Source: Blepharisma stoltei ATCC 30299 (lineage: Eukaryota > Protista > Ciliophora). Taken from it: a stretch of DNA of 64,000 nt. Positions 36,342-48,983 of the stretch are shown in pieces; the first letter of the stretch is position 1; the number at the start of each line of letters is the position of its first letter. The translations under genes were made by a program, and so were the position numbers. The notes below the pieces were generated by a model. That model did not search any database. It was not told the origin of the DNA and saw only the letters and a program-made list of their open reading frames with translations. Where the stretch lies: positions 186,001 to 250,000 of the forward strand of contig CBFDEM010000036.1 of NCBI GenBank assembly GCA_965603825.1. Direction: 5' to 3'.

Positions 36342-39300
36342 TTAATTCCAAGCTCTAATTGTGCCATCTCTTGAAGCCGTCAGCAACAGCGGAGTCCTTT
36401 GTTTGAGAACTAAAGCCATGTCAAGAATAGCGTCAGTGTGAGCAATTTTGCGATTTGGAGGAATGTCGTCAAACTCACGTCGTTTTATTGATGAAAAAAT
36501 TGGGGAGTAAGGGTGAGAATTTGAAAAAATCGGTCCTTCTTGGATTACCAAGATATCTGGAAGCATTTGTGATGAGAAATTTGCTTTAAAGCTACCGTCT
36601 TGGCCAAGAATTGTGGACTTTTGAGGGTTGCTGAGATCCCAGAAACGAATCATGGAGTCATGACCAGCCGAAAGCAAGAATGGAGCATTGTAGGGGCCTC
36701 CTTGAGGGCTTAAGACCTTGCGGACTGTCCGTGGATTTTCAAAGACTTTTCTCAGTCTGTGGCTGAAGTTCGCCCAGTTCTGGATATAATTGATGGATTT
36801 GGCTGTGTACTCACTGTGCTTGCTAATGAAATTCTGTCTGAAAACGTCGTTTGTAGGGAGTTTTGGCTTTTCATTAAAGCCTTTTGAGGCCAAATTGCTT
36901 GGGACTGAGCCAGTCTCAGGCTGAAGGTAAGGAACACATATAGGGATATCTGAAGCCTGTGTAAGAATTAATGACGCCCTTCCTGTCTGGATGTTCCACA
37001 TTACGATATCAGACCCATTCGCAGCAGCTATATAAGGAGTCCCATCCCCTTCAGTGTTAAATGTGCATTTAGGATCTGGGATAAACCCTTGCATGCTTAA
37101 AAATCCTTCTTCTTTTGAATGTGAATAACTGCAGCATAAAGAATTAAATCTAAGGTCATATAATAATAAATACCCAGACAATGTCCCGAGGCCTAACACT
37201 TTTGGATCTGGCCCTACACAAATAGTTGAAAATATCCCTCTTTGGTACCCAAAGTTATAGCTCTGTGCTTTTTGGCTGATCCTTAAATCATGAATATTTA
37301 AAATCCCTTCAGTAGTGACATATGCTAAACTGTTATTATCAATAGCTGTGCCTTGAATTATGCTGGAGCTTGATATGGCTTGGACGTCTTCAAAAGTCTC
37401 TATATTGTAAGCAGAAATTCCTTTTTCAGAGCCAACAAATACGAGATCTCCACAAACGCCTAGCGATTTCAGCTTTAAGTTTTGGCCAATTGCTTTGGTG
37501 TATCGAGACCGCAAAGGCTGGAAATTTTCAAGCTGCTTTAAGTCCCAAATTCTGACTGTGCCATCATTTGATGCACTGATAAAGACATTGTTTTGCTCCA
37601 CAACTGACAAGTGGGTCACTGCAGCTTCATGCTCGTTGAAGCAAGCTTGGAATTTTCCTTGAAAACTGAAATTGTCAAAAGGGTTATGGATTTTCATAAC
37701 GTCTGACATTCTCAGTGAAGGCCGAGTGCTTTGCCTTAATTCTTTTTCTTCTTCACCAGCTAAATTTTCATATGATTTTTCTTTAGCGATTGTAGGCTGG
37801 CCTTGGATTTTGCTGGCCTGTGGTTTTTCTTTTATAAGTGTGGCTAGCATTTCTAAGCTGTTTTTAGCTTCTTCTTCGTGGGGCAGGTAATCCTCAATAG
37901 GAATTTTATTAATAAATTTTTCAAATATCGATCTTCTGAAGCTCTTTTTTAAGTGCTCGTCTACGCATGCATTTGTAATTAAATAAACAGATTTTGACCT
38001 TAAAGTTAAATAAGGAATCAAAATTGGCCTAATAAAGCAATAATTATCTGTGGGATCTACCTTTGCAAGCAGTGTTTTAGTGAGCTCTATAACCTCTCCA
38101 CGAATCCATTGATTAGGATGTAAAAGAAATATTGCAGATTTGATTAAAAAATCATAAGAAATTGATGGGAGCTTTCTCAAGGCCTGGATTGAGTGGTAAA
38201 CCACAATTTCACTGTGCCCATTAAATGCATTTTCTATACAAGGATAAATTTTTTCTTTAAATGCTGTGTAGCCTATCACTTCGACTAATTTGGGAATTTG
38301 CTGCATAATGAGCACTCGATATTTGTCTCCTTTGTTTAGCCAAGGTATCAATAAAGAAACAATCTTATTTAAAGTGAATTTCTTATCAAAACAAGCGGCA
38401 AGTTCTGCGAAATTGCTTAGAAGTGTTTCTTGCACTGAATTTTCTGTTTTTGCATATAATAAATCTTTGAAAATCTGAACAATTTTTTCATTGAATTTCT
38501 CTATTTCTTTTTCAAAAGATTGGAGCTCAGCTCCTGCTTGGCTTCTTGTATATCTTGAGAGCTCTAAAAACAGCCTCCCCAGTCTTGCACATTGTGGCAA
38601 AGATTCAGCCAGAATTGTTTGAACCCATTCACTCTCATCATTTTTCAGCACACTTATAGCAGGCCACACATATTCTTCAAATAAAAATACATCTCTTGTC
38701 GAAAGTTCCCTGATTTCTTCTAAAATTTTTAGAATGGTCTTTAAGCATGCAATTTTTACTTGACTTCTCTCTTCTTTTGTTGTAAGACATGAAATCATAT
38801 AAGGGAGAATCCTATGTAATCTGCAGTCGTCTGATAAATAAGGAACTAAACTATTCAATAAATCAATGGCTTTTACTCGTATGGAAGGTTTTGAAGCATT
38901 TCTAAGTGAAGAAGTGACGACTGGGACTAGAATCTCAATTTCATTTTTATTTCTCAGAATTCCAACGATGTCTTTATATCTTCTTTCAATAGATAAAATA
39001 CGGCTGTCAGGGGTTCTTAACTGCTGGTCTAAAGCTATTTGAAACATGACTGGATAAATACACCCTGAAATTTCTTCAGAAATAATTTTCTCTTTTCAAT
39101 ATTCCAAGCAGTTTTCAGCTGATTTTCTTAAGCTTGGGTCCAAACAAATCATATGTGACAGCAATTCAACTATTTCAGTGTCTTGAGCTTTAGCTATTAT
39201 TTTTGCCATATCCAGCTCGCCTCTTTGATAAGCTAAAAGCTGAGTCAGTGAAAACAAGCTTTTCCCGTCCATATACAGCTCAGCCAAGCAGCACCCTAAC

Positions 39301-39968
39301 GAAAAAATGTCCATTTCCTTTGTAAAAGTCCCTTCAGGAATCTGCAGTTTTACAAATCGCTCAGGTGCCATATAGCAGCTTTCTCTTTTGGTGCTCGTGA
39401 AATAAAATTTATACGAGGTTAAGTCTCCTTCTTTCAAAAATGTCGGCTTATAATATGATGAAATGTCGCAAAGGAACACCCAATTCCAGCTTGTCAATAA
39501 AAAGTTGTCTGATTTGATATCTCCATGACAAATCCCATCACGGTGAAGCTGAAATACAGCATTTATCATCTGAAAAGCGATCCACCTTTTCTCTATTAAA
39601 TTCAGGTTAGGTGGCCTGACTGTTTTCTGATGTAAAGTTGACTCAGCGAATTGTCTAACCAAAATTCCTGCTCTTTTCATGTCATAGCCTTCGCTCAGCA
39701 ATATGTTGGGATGAGAGGTAGGTAAAATATTCTGATAAAGCAGGTCGACTTTACTTTGGTATCTTGAGAGTTCTGCGTCGGTTTCTGGGTCTCGCTTTAT
39801 ATATACTTTTGCAAGGACAAGGCTTCGTTGCTCCAAGAGACATTTTATGCTTTTGAAGAGACGAGAGGAATTAAGGGGTTCACCTTGAGGGGAAAGAGAA
39901 GGCAATTCAAGAAGTAAAGAGTGGGCATCTGTTTGTGGCTGCTGTGAGTAAGGAACTTGGTTACCCAT
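36342..39968 (-). CDS. VPS15: VPS15/PIK3R4: kinase-like domain, HEAT repeats, WD40 (1208 aa)
   Basis: MGNQ myristoylation start, IEKRWIAFQ, HGDIKSDNFLLTSWNWVFLCD, CYMAPERF, LLHPNQWIR, WD40 ending ASRDGTIRAWN; joined by TGA at 39096. Confidence 0.93.
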
Positions 39969-40151
39969 TTCTGAATTTTAAGTTTATGTGTAGACTTAAA
40001 TAAATTTTTGGAATAAAAATAATTTTTTCGCTAAAAATATTTAAATGATTAAGGAAATTGTTGCTAAAGTAAAGAAAATTTATAATAAATATTAATTTAA
40101 ATTTTCCTATACAATTTTAAGTTTTGCAATTCATCATCATTTGAATATAAA

Positions 40152-41426
40152 ATGGCAGAGAAACTTCCCCCACGCATATTAGTTGAGCCTAACCCAGATC
40201 ACTATTTAAACCAAGATCGTGAGACCATTAGAGAGCTGAGAGAAAGAATTGAACAAATGTAACTACTACTCAGGAAAGATGAAAATTATAATTTACGAAC
40301 AAAAATAAAAGAGTTAGAGGAAGAAAAGTTCTCAATAACTCATCATCTGCAAAAAGAACTTGAAGATAAAACAGAAGAAACAATTGCATTGAGCTCAGAA
40401 ATTGCGAAGATAGAAGAGAACTCTAAAAAAGAAAGAGAGTTTCTTTTGAAAGAACATAAAGAGCAGCTTAACTGTGATTTTTATTAAGACATCCAAAAAG
40501 CAAGAGCTGCAGAAGAAGATAACTATAAGTTCCAAATACAAGAATTGCAGTCAGAATTAAAAAATATTAAAGAATTTAAAGAAGCCAAACAATTCATAGA
40601 TGAAGAGCTCGAGACTTTGAGACGTGAAAAAGATGACTTATATAGAAAGTTAACTTTACAGCAAAATACAATAGAACAGCATTATCGCAAAGAAGAAGAA
40701 AAATTAAGAAGCAGACATCAAGAAGAAATCCGACAGCTAGAAATTGACGCTCTTAATAGAGCAAGAAACTTGCTTTCAAAAGAAGAGCAAGACGTTCACA
40801 ATGAAAATATGAGCTTAGCCGCTGATATGAATATGCAAAGAAAAGAAGTAGAAGAAATTAAAAGAGAAAAGAAAAAGACTTTGGAAGAAAATAAGCAGCT
40901 TAAGAGAGAATTGGAATTAGTCCAGAATCAGATGGAAGAATGCGCAGCTAAGCAAAGTGAAATGCAAAAAACTATAAAAGCTTTGAAAGAAAAAATAAAA
41001 GTGCTTGAAAATACTTTAACACAAATTACCAATGAAACTGAAAAAGAAAAAGAAATGATGGTTTTTGATTTCAATCAACAAATACAGGAGAGGGACTCTG
41101 AGCTGCTTAATTTGAGGCAGCAGGTGAAGCTAAGATCAAAAGAGCTTAAAAGCTTGAAAGCCCTTGCGCAGATGATTCTGGATCAGAGGTCAGATGTGGA
41201 ACAATTTTTCTTAGAATCACTTGAGCAGATTAAAGAAGAAGTGCAGAAAAGAATGACTGCTGAAGGGAAATTAAGGAAATTACCACAAATTGGAAATAAA
41301 ACTAAAGCATATTCAGAAAAAGTAGAACTGAGTGATTTAGACTGGGAAGATAGAGAAAGGGTTTTAAGGCTATTGTTTGCTAAAATGAACGCTGGCGTGC
41401 CACCTCAAAATTGGAGGGGAGATTAG
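40152..41426 (+). CDS. Coiled-coil basal-body/ciliary protein, BBOF1(CCDC176)-like (414 aa); two 15-nt introns
   Basis: C-terminal ILDQRSDVEQFFLESL and LSDLDWEDRERVLRLLFAKMN; ATG 40152 is in frame after removing 40259-40273 and 40474-40488. Confidence 0.75.
40259..40273 (+). other. 15-nt intron GTAACTACTACTCAG
   Basis: GT-AG, A at position 10, in-frame TAA if retained. Confidence 0.85.
40474..40488 (+). other. 15-nt intron GTGATTTTTATTAAG
   Basis: GT-AG, A at position 10, in-frame TAA if retained; GTG donor and AAG acceptor variant. Confidence 0.8.
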
Positions 41427-41796
41427 AATATATAAAATTATTTTAAATAAATCTTTATAGATTTTTAGCATGAAATCTTCCTTTAAACGGACATTTTTAT
41501 TTTAATAATTTAACTAATAATAGCAAGACTGATAAAGTTAGAGCATAAGTAAAGAATTAAATTATAAAAAATTGCTAATCGAGATACGATTTTATTTATT
41601 TCTTTATTTAAAAGTTTATTGACGCATTTTACAGAACTAAGTGCAGAGATGGGTAACCAGTAATAGGTTCAAAAAATCAATTATGCTTTTATGTGTTGCA
41701 AATATCCTTCAAAATTCATTAATCTGCTTTTTCACTTCTCAATTGCTCATTAATAAAATAAAAAAATGATTTTTTGATAGACCATAATTATTAATT

Positions 41797-42507
41797 ATGT
41801 CGGAGTACTTACCTGTAATATTTAGTAGTCTAGGCATAGGAATTTGCTTTTGCCTCAATCTCATGCCAATTCCGTCTCTCCTCAAAGCCAATAAAACAAA
41901 AGATCTTACAACAATATCTCACTTATATCTCATTGTGTCTGCCTTCAATTATATGTCATGAATTGTTTATTCAGTAAAAATGCAGCTCATCGGCAATTTG
42001 ATAAACAATTCGGTATGCTTATGTTTAGATCTATCATGGGTAATTTTCTATCACAAAATCAAAGGAGATTTACTGATATTTGTCCCTCTTTTTTTAATTT
42101 TTTCAGGATGCATTGAAAGTGCAGTGTATTTTCTTTGCCCTGCCTTTGTTATGGGTGTTATTGCATTAAATTTCTCAATTTGTCTATATGCGGCGCCTAT
42201 AGAGCAATTGAAATACGTTTTTAAGCAGAAAAATCATCGTTATATAGACATTTATGTGATACCTGCTTTAATGCTTAATGCGCTAGCTTGGACTTGCTAT
42301 GGATTTGCTGTGAATGATTGGTTTATTATTTCTCCTAATTTTCCTGGGCTGACATTTTCACTTTTTCAGATTATTGCATATTTTTGGGCTCGTGGAAATA
42401 TTAAATTCCCATTGTTTGAGTGGATTTATTCAAAGTCAGGGAAAGAGCAGCTTATTGAAGAGCAACCAGCTAAAATACAACCAAATCAAAATGTTGAGAG
42501 CGTCTAG
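41797..42507 (+). CDS. SWEET/MtN3 sugar transporter (236 aa)
   Basis: ATG 41797 in frame via TGA (MS[TGA]IVY aligns with LNWCLY of the paralog); YAAP, WTCYG..NDWFIISPN.PG. Confidence 0.87.
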
Positions 42508-42768
42508 ACATTAATGAAATTATTTAATTAAAATAACGCTTGCATTGCTTAAGATAAGTTATTAGTATATATATTATAATTTGGCTTTGGAAGCTTATAT
42601 AAACCTTTATGATTTTTAATCAATTTAATGCGCTTATCAAATTTTTAATTAAACATTAAGTAAGCTTTTCAGGCCAAAAAATAAAATCTAAAAAACCATA
42701 GACTTGCTTTTTTAAATATTAAATCACTAGAACATTAATGCTTTTTATAATTTTTTCTAAATATTAAA

Positions 42769-43464
42769 ATGGTTAACCTTACAACCATCTTTAGTGCAAT
42801 AGGTATCTCTGTATCCTTTGGCCTCAATTTAACTCCAATACCGTCTCTTATTAAAGCTAACAAAACAAGAGATCTTAGTGAAATTTCCCACCTTTACTTA
42901 ATTATAGCTAGCCTTAATTATCTCAATTGGTGCCTTTATGCGACTAAAGAGTCATTAATTGGTCCACTTATAAACAATATATCAGGCTTGTGCTTTGTTA
43001 TGACATATATAATTATTTATCACAAAATAAAACAAGATACCTGGAAATTTAACTCAATTTATTTTGGCTGCTGCCTAATCGGATCAATGATAGTGTTCAA
43101 AATAGTTCCTAGCTATTTATTAGGGTTTCTTTCTGTAGGACTCTCAGCATTGCAATATATTGCTCCTATTGAGCAGATTAAGCCAGCTCTACTCAATAAA
43201 GATCATAAATATATTGATATTTTCATTATTCCAGCTCTAATTTGCAATGCTACTGTTTGGGGTAATTATGGAATTCTTGTTAATGACTGGTTTATTATAA
43301 TTCCAAATTTATTAGGACTTTTATTTTCATTGTTTCAGATCTTGGTATATGCATGGGCTAAAGGATATTTGCCTCATTCCCTCTTTTCTAAGCTTGCAAG
43401 TAAAATCAGAGAAATTTCAGGTAAAAATAAAGAAAATGAAAATGAAATTAAGCATTATATTTAA
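42769..43464 (+). CDS. SWEET/MtN3 sugar transporter (231 aa), tandem paralog
   Basis: Two MtN3 repeats: LTPIP..WCLY..NN; YIAP..WGNYG..NDWFIIIPNLLG. Confidence 0.88.
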   Translation: MVNLTTIFSAIGISVSFGLNLTPIPSLIKANKTRDLSEISHLYLIIASLNYLNWCLYATKESLIGPLINNISGLCFVMTYIIIYHKIKQDTWKFNSIYFGCCLIGSMIVFKIVPSYLLGFLSVGLSALQYIAPIEQIKPALLNKDHKYIDIFIIPALICNATVWGNYGILVNDWFIIIPNLLGLLFSLFQILVYAWAKGYLPHSLFSKLASKIREISGKNKENENEIKHYI

Positions 43465-44006
43465 ATTAGCTTATTCATGTCAAATGAGTGTAAGTAAATT
43501 ATCTGTTTTAAGATGTAGTGGTTATTATCTGCATTATATTATGATTATTTCTAAGCTGTGAAAGCAATAAAACAATTAGCCATACCTGTGGAATAATGGC
43601 AATTAACCATTAATCAATATTTTTATTTTCAAAGTGCTACACCGACTGAAATCTCAATTAAGAAACTCTAAAAATAATCAAAATAATTTTGCTATTTTTA
43701 TCTTAAAATTACTACAAAACACATATTTGGTTATCTATCTTTTGAATTTTAGCTGAAAGGCTTAGAATTTAGAATTTATAGGGGCTATAAAATCCTGAAA
43801 AAATTGGTCAGATATATCAAATGTGTCATTTAATAAAGATTTTATTGAAGTATCCTTTTATGCCTATTAAGAGAAAAATGATTAATTGATATGTATTTTG
43901 AAATTGTCGGTAATTTTAAAATCAAACCCCTATGCAATTAAAGCTAATTATTTCAGTTAGTTATCATAAAATTGAAGATTTATAATAATATATTGGAATA
44001 TGTGTA

Positions 44007-45512
44007 CTAGCTTAGCTTTGTTCTCTTGAGTGAGCAATCTTTGCATATCCAGGCATCATCTTTTTGAGCTTCTTCAACAGTTCCTTGATATCCAGCACAT
44101 CCAAGATGAAATCAATTTTGGCAATGTGTGCATTCAATCATTTCATTTTCTTTGATTTTTGTTTCGTACTCTTCATCAGTCCATTTAGGATTTCTTGGAA
44201 GTAAATAATAATAAGGCTTGTTGCATGTACAATAAGTTTCCTTGCTGACTTGTGCTAATTCAAATTCTTTCTGCTTTTTCCTTTTTCCTAATGCGTGCTT
44301 CCTTTCATATTTTGCTCTTTTTAGTCGAATTTTAGCTTCTTCTAATCCTAAACCTTTTCCTTGATATATACAAATTTTTTCGCCTTTCAGCAAAGCATCA
44401 TTTTTTATTTTTGTAAATAATAAATCTTGATACCTTTTTAAGCACTCTTCAGGTGACCTATTTTCGATAGCCACTCTATCTTCTAAAATGACCTCAGGAG
44501 CTAGTAAATTGTAATACTGAGGACGCGAGAAGCTGTACTTTGATTTTCTTGTGTTTCCTTTCAAATTAAAAATTAAGATAAAAGGTTTGTCTTGTGTGAT
44601 GTTAACTTTATGTATGTGTTGCCGAATTCGATATTCCAAGCTTAAATCTTCAATTGGCGTAAAAGTTTTCCAGTGATTGGCTTTTTGTGTTTGTGTTCTT
44701 TTTCTTTTTATTGCTTTGTGGCTTGGCTTATTTTCCTTTTCTCATTTTTCATAAGTCCTGCACAATATATACAGATCATCAAGCGTTTTTTTCTTTTGCC
44801 GCTCCAAGCATTTTATGTGTACATTTAGTCGGCATTTGCTATTTCCTCCATCTTCGTCATTATTTTTTTCCCCGCCTTCGTTCATTTTTTCATTTTCTTT
44901 TTCAATCAATGCATATCTTTTCATAAGTTCTTCGTCGTCAGCTTTGTTTTCTTTTTCTCATCTTTCGTATGCGTTCTTAAATACTTCTTGCTTGATTGGA
45001 TGAATTTGTTTTTGTATTTCTTCTAATTCATTGTTATAATATTTTAATAAAGAATCAACATAATTGTTATCTGCAGAGCGCGTTTTCTTCATTTTTAGCT
45101 CAGAGAAATTCCAGTCAAGAGGGAAGCGCTGGACTAAAGGAAACTCAGGAAAATAACTTAAGTCTTGGCCTTGCGGAAAGTAATCCATGCATACGAGATA
45201 TCAAAACAAATGCCCATTGCAAAGAGCAGTTGGAGATTCCTTGCTCCGAAAATCGCCTTGTCAAATTGGGCTAGAAATAATCCTTCTGCATTCTTCCTTT
45301 ATGAAGGGAAGACGGCTCAGGTCCTTTTTAGTGACATCAGACTGGTGAAAACTACAGATAAGAGCATTAGGATTTGCATCAGGATCTACGAGATGATAGC
45401 TTTTGGAGCATCACGGGTGGATCAATTGAGAGCAGCCTTTTAAACTGCAAATCGTGATCAACCCTGAGCTTCCACAAATATTGCATCCTTTTGAATCCTT
45501 ATATTGTTCCAT
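44007..45512 (-). CDS. Chromatin-associated protein with N- and C-terminal PHD fingers (501 aa)
   Basis: CNICG..CSLKGCSQLIHP[TGA]C..ICSFH at the N-terminus; YCTCNKPY..MIECTHCQN[TGA]FHLGC..WICKDC at the C-terminus; three ORF-track fragments share the frame. Start codon less certain. Confidence 0.8.
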
Positions 45513-46093
45513 CCTATTAAATTGCTATGAATTTCAATTATTTCTCAGTGATACGTGTTAGGATTATGAATAAGCAATAAATTAAGAGAAATTTAATAAA
45601 GAAGTCTTAGTCACAGATTTTACTAGAGCAGGGCTGGTGAGATTTGAGGATGGTAAGAAAAATGAGGAAAAAAGGAATATTTTTTAGGGATTTTATTGAA
45701 ATTTTAGAGGATAGCCATGATAGGGATAGATGGAAAGTTTAATAATAGGATTCCTGGAATATTTATGTATTTGAGATAAAGTGTTAGGCAAATAAAGATG
45801 TCATCAAAAATTTGGTTTTAAATAGTTTAAAGAATCAAATGGGAATACTGAAAAAAATCATTAATTAAAATAAATTTACTAAAATAATTATTTATTGTAT
45901 AGTGCCAATATTTTAAAAGAAGAAAAATTAATTATGCAATATCAGACGGCCTAAACGTAATTCATTAAATTTCTGATAAATAAGATATATTTATTCATAT
46001 TGAATATATTGATTGCTTAATTCATGCTATGATAAATTCTCAGTCACCTTAATTCTAAATGTTTTAGATGGAATTTTTAAATTAGATTATGAG

Positions 46094-47404
46094 CTATAAG
46101 TAGAATCTCGAAGGCGAATATGGTCTAGGATCAGTAATTGGCACTTTTCCTTGAACTAGTTGAGAAAGTAGCTCAGCTGAGGAAAACGCAAATATGCATC
46201 CTCTGCTTCCATGTCCTGTATTTACAAAGACATTGTCAAGTTTCGGGAATTTTCCTATAATTGGCATATCATCACTGCTGACAGGCCTCAAACAAACCCA
46301 ATTATTTTCAAACTTAAGATCAGTCCACCCTGACATATCTCTTAATGTTCTTTGCATATACTCAACTTTTTTAGGGTCCATTTCTTTGTCGTCAATTGTT
46401 GTAAATTCTACAATTCCACTATATCTGATTCCTTGCTTCACTGGGCATAAGTAGAAAGGATTAGACCCTCCATAATGAATTGAAGTTTTAAGCTGCCTAT
46501 TTGTTTTGATGTTAAAAGAATAACCTTTTGCTGGCCATACAGGAATAGCCCAACCAAGCTTTTCTCCTAGTTCTCTTGAGTGTACTCCACTGCATATCAC
46601 AAATTTGTCAGCTACAATAATTTTCCCATCACTCAATGCAAGAGCTGTGACTTTGTTTCCTTCTTTTTTAAACTCAGTAACTTCAGCATTATAAAGAATT
46701 TCAACCCCTAATTTGGCTGAAATATTAGCAAAAGCTTTGGTCATGCTATAAGAGTCAAATGCACACTGTGTTTCAAGCTCGTTTTTAATGCATCCCACTA
46801 TTTCTCCTCTCCAGTCTTTCAAATTTGGCTCGCCTTCTGCACAGGTTTGTCTGGTCGAATGGACTCTAACTCTCTCTTCATGATTATGGTTCAGCTCCAA
46901 TCCCCACTTTTTCAATGATTGGAAGCTTTTTACAGTGGTCATAACATCTAATAGCCCATCATCTTTTCCTAAATAAGAATCGAGATCTTCTTTATGACTT
47001 TTCGATAAGTCCTTTCTAATGCTTTCATGCAATAAATAGCTTCTTTTTCCAAATAAGTGTATATCGTGTTCTTTTTGATTGTAGTTTTGGAAGAGACTGC
47101 TAAAAAGGAATCTGGTATTCCAGACCCAGAAATTAAAGTTTCAAAATGCTTTGTTGCTGATAGAGGAGCATGATTCACTTGAAAACATACCTTTGAAACC
47201 AGTCCAAAGGAACTGGAGTCGGGTTCAAGGGTGATGGAATGAGTATGTAAGCACTCCACCATTTTGATGTGAGCAGTCTTGGGCAACGTCAGGAGACCTG
47301 TCGAGAAGAAGGACTTTTAGGTTAGGGTTTTGATATTTGAGCATGAATGCTGTTGTTGTGCCAATTATTCCACCTCCGATTACAACAACTCTTTCGCCTT
47401 CCAT
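46094..47404 (-). CDS. FAD-dependent D-amino acid dehydrogenase (DadA-like, DAO family), 436 aa
   Basis: VVVIGGGIIG Rossmann motif, CSHQNGG, PAKGYS, WVCLRPVSSDDMPIIG, NTGHGSRG, PYSPSRF; start 47404 via two TGA. Confidence 0.85.
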
Positions 47405-47706
47405 TTAAATTGATATCAGTTTTAATTGATTAGATTAAATAAAAAGATATGGGAAATATTAATTTTAGAAAAATTAATTGATACATTTTAATTTTACTGT
47501 ATTGCTGCCTTCAATTACTTAGAAGAAAATACATCCCGGAAGCAATTTAATATAAAAAATCTATTCCAGGCTATATTTAAAAAGTAACTACGTTTTAGGA
47601 TTTATAGAAATATATATCTATTTATTCTTTCATAAAACTTAAATTCAGCTAGTTTTACTAGAATAATGTTTTCTTATCTATTTCTCCAACTTGGTGAAAT
47701 AAATAA

Positions 47707-48333
47707 ATGTCTCAAATAAGGCTTCACTATTTCGATGTCTTCGGTAGAGGAGAAACCTCAAGAATTATTCTGAAATATTTAGGTCTTGAATTCGAGGACG
47801 TAAGATATACTCATGAGACTTGGAATGAAACCAAAACTTCAGGTATTGCAGAATTCTTCCAATTGCCTTTACTTCAAATTGATGGCCACAATTTAGTTCA
47901 ATCCAGAGCTATTGAAAAGTACTTACTCAGAAGAGCTGGACTTATTTCAAACGATCTTCTTGCTAACTATCAATCAGAGTCTCTTGTTGGGTACATCGAT
48001 GATATCGTCAATATCATCATCAAATTCATGATTATTGATAAAGATATGGAAGGACTTTTGAAATGGGTACAAGAGCAGCTTCCAGAGAGGCTTAAAATTA
48101 TCGAAAAAAGACTAAATGAAAGCAACACACACTTTGTTGGTGATTCGATAAGCCATGCAGATTTTGTCGTTTTCGAATTCATTTATGACGGATATTTAAG
48201 ACCTCAAAGGGTTGCCACAGCAAGACCTCTTCTTGAAGCCCATTCTCCTAGGCTTATTCAATTTGCAGAGAATTTTAAAAGTCACCCTAGCTTGGCAGCC
48301 TATCTTGCAACAAGAGAAGAGAGGGATCATTAA
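47707..48333 (+). CDS. Glutathione S-transferase (sigma-like)
   Basis: LHYFDVFGRGETSR, QLPLLQIDG..LVQSRAIEKYL, VGDSISHADF. Confidence 0.92.
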   Translation: MSQIRLHYFDVFGRGETSRIILKYLGLEFEDVRYTHETWNETKTSGIAEFFQLPLLQIDGHNLVQSRAIEKYLLRRAGLISNDLLANYQSESLVGYIDDIVNIIIKFMIIDKDMEGLLKWVQEQLPERLKIIEKRLNESNTHFVGDSISHADFVVFEFIYDGYLRPQRVATARPLLEAHSPRLIQFAENFKSHPSLAAYLATREERDH

Positions 48334-48623
48334 CTTAATTAAGATTAAGCATAAAATGGCAAATAATGTTAAGAATAAAGAATAAATAAATTTATGCTTA
48401 GGTGAATCAAATGAATAGATGCTATATTTTTTGGATGTAATCTGACTGAAGTCTGCTATTTATATTTTTGGATTTATTTAAATTTAATAAATAACAGTGA
48501 AATGAGCTAATTATTTTAATTATTAGAATTTAATAAAAGACAGTGTAACTGATGAAAATAGTAGCTATTGCTACTAAAAACATTTTATATAATTAATTTA
48601 ATGGTATGCGTTATAAATAATAA

Positions 48624-48860
48624 ATGACTCAAGTAAAATTGCATTATTTCGACACCCTTGGCAGAGCAGAAACTTCTAGATTAATTTTGAGGCACCTTGG
48701 TGTCGAATTTGTAGATGGTAGATAAACTCAAGAGATCTCTAGTCAGGGTAAAACAGTGGAATAATTTGCTCAAGTTCCATTGCTTCAGATTGATGGTCAC
48801 TGTTTGGTAGAATCTAAAGCTATTGAAAAGTATTTACTTAAAATTCAATTTTATAAATAG
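48624..48860 (+). pseudogene. Truncated GST pseudogene
   Basis: MTQVKLHYFDTLGRAETSRLIL..DGR*..VE*FAQVPLLQIDGHCLVESKAIEKYLL then lost; two TAA stops, small deletion, no C-terminal domain. Confidence 0.88.
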
Positions 48861-48983
48861 CAACTTAAAATATTTATTTATTATAATAGTTTAAGTTTAA
48901 ATAAAAGTTAAGATAAATTGATAAAAATAGTTCTATTACAAAATAATCATTTAATATTTCTTATCATACTTTATAAATAATAA

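Noticed and set aside
41815-41828. Intron-like GTAATATTTAGTAG near the start of SWEET copy 1
   Set aside because: 14 nt, would shift the frame, and the encoded VIFSS aligns with TIFSA in the paralog
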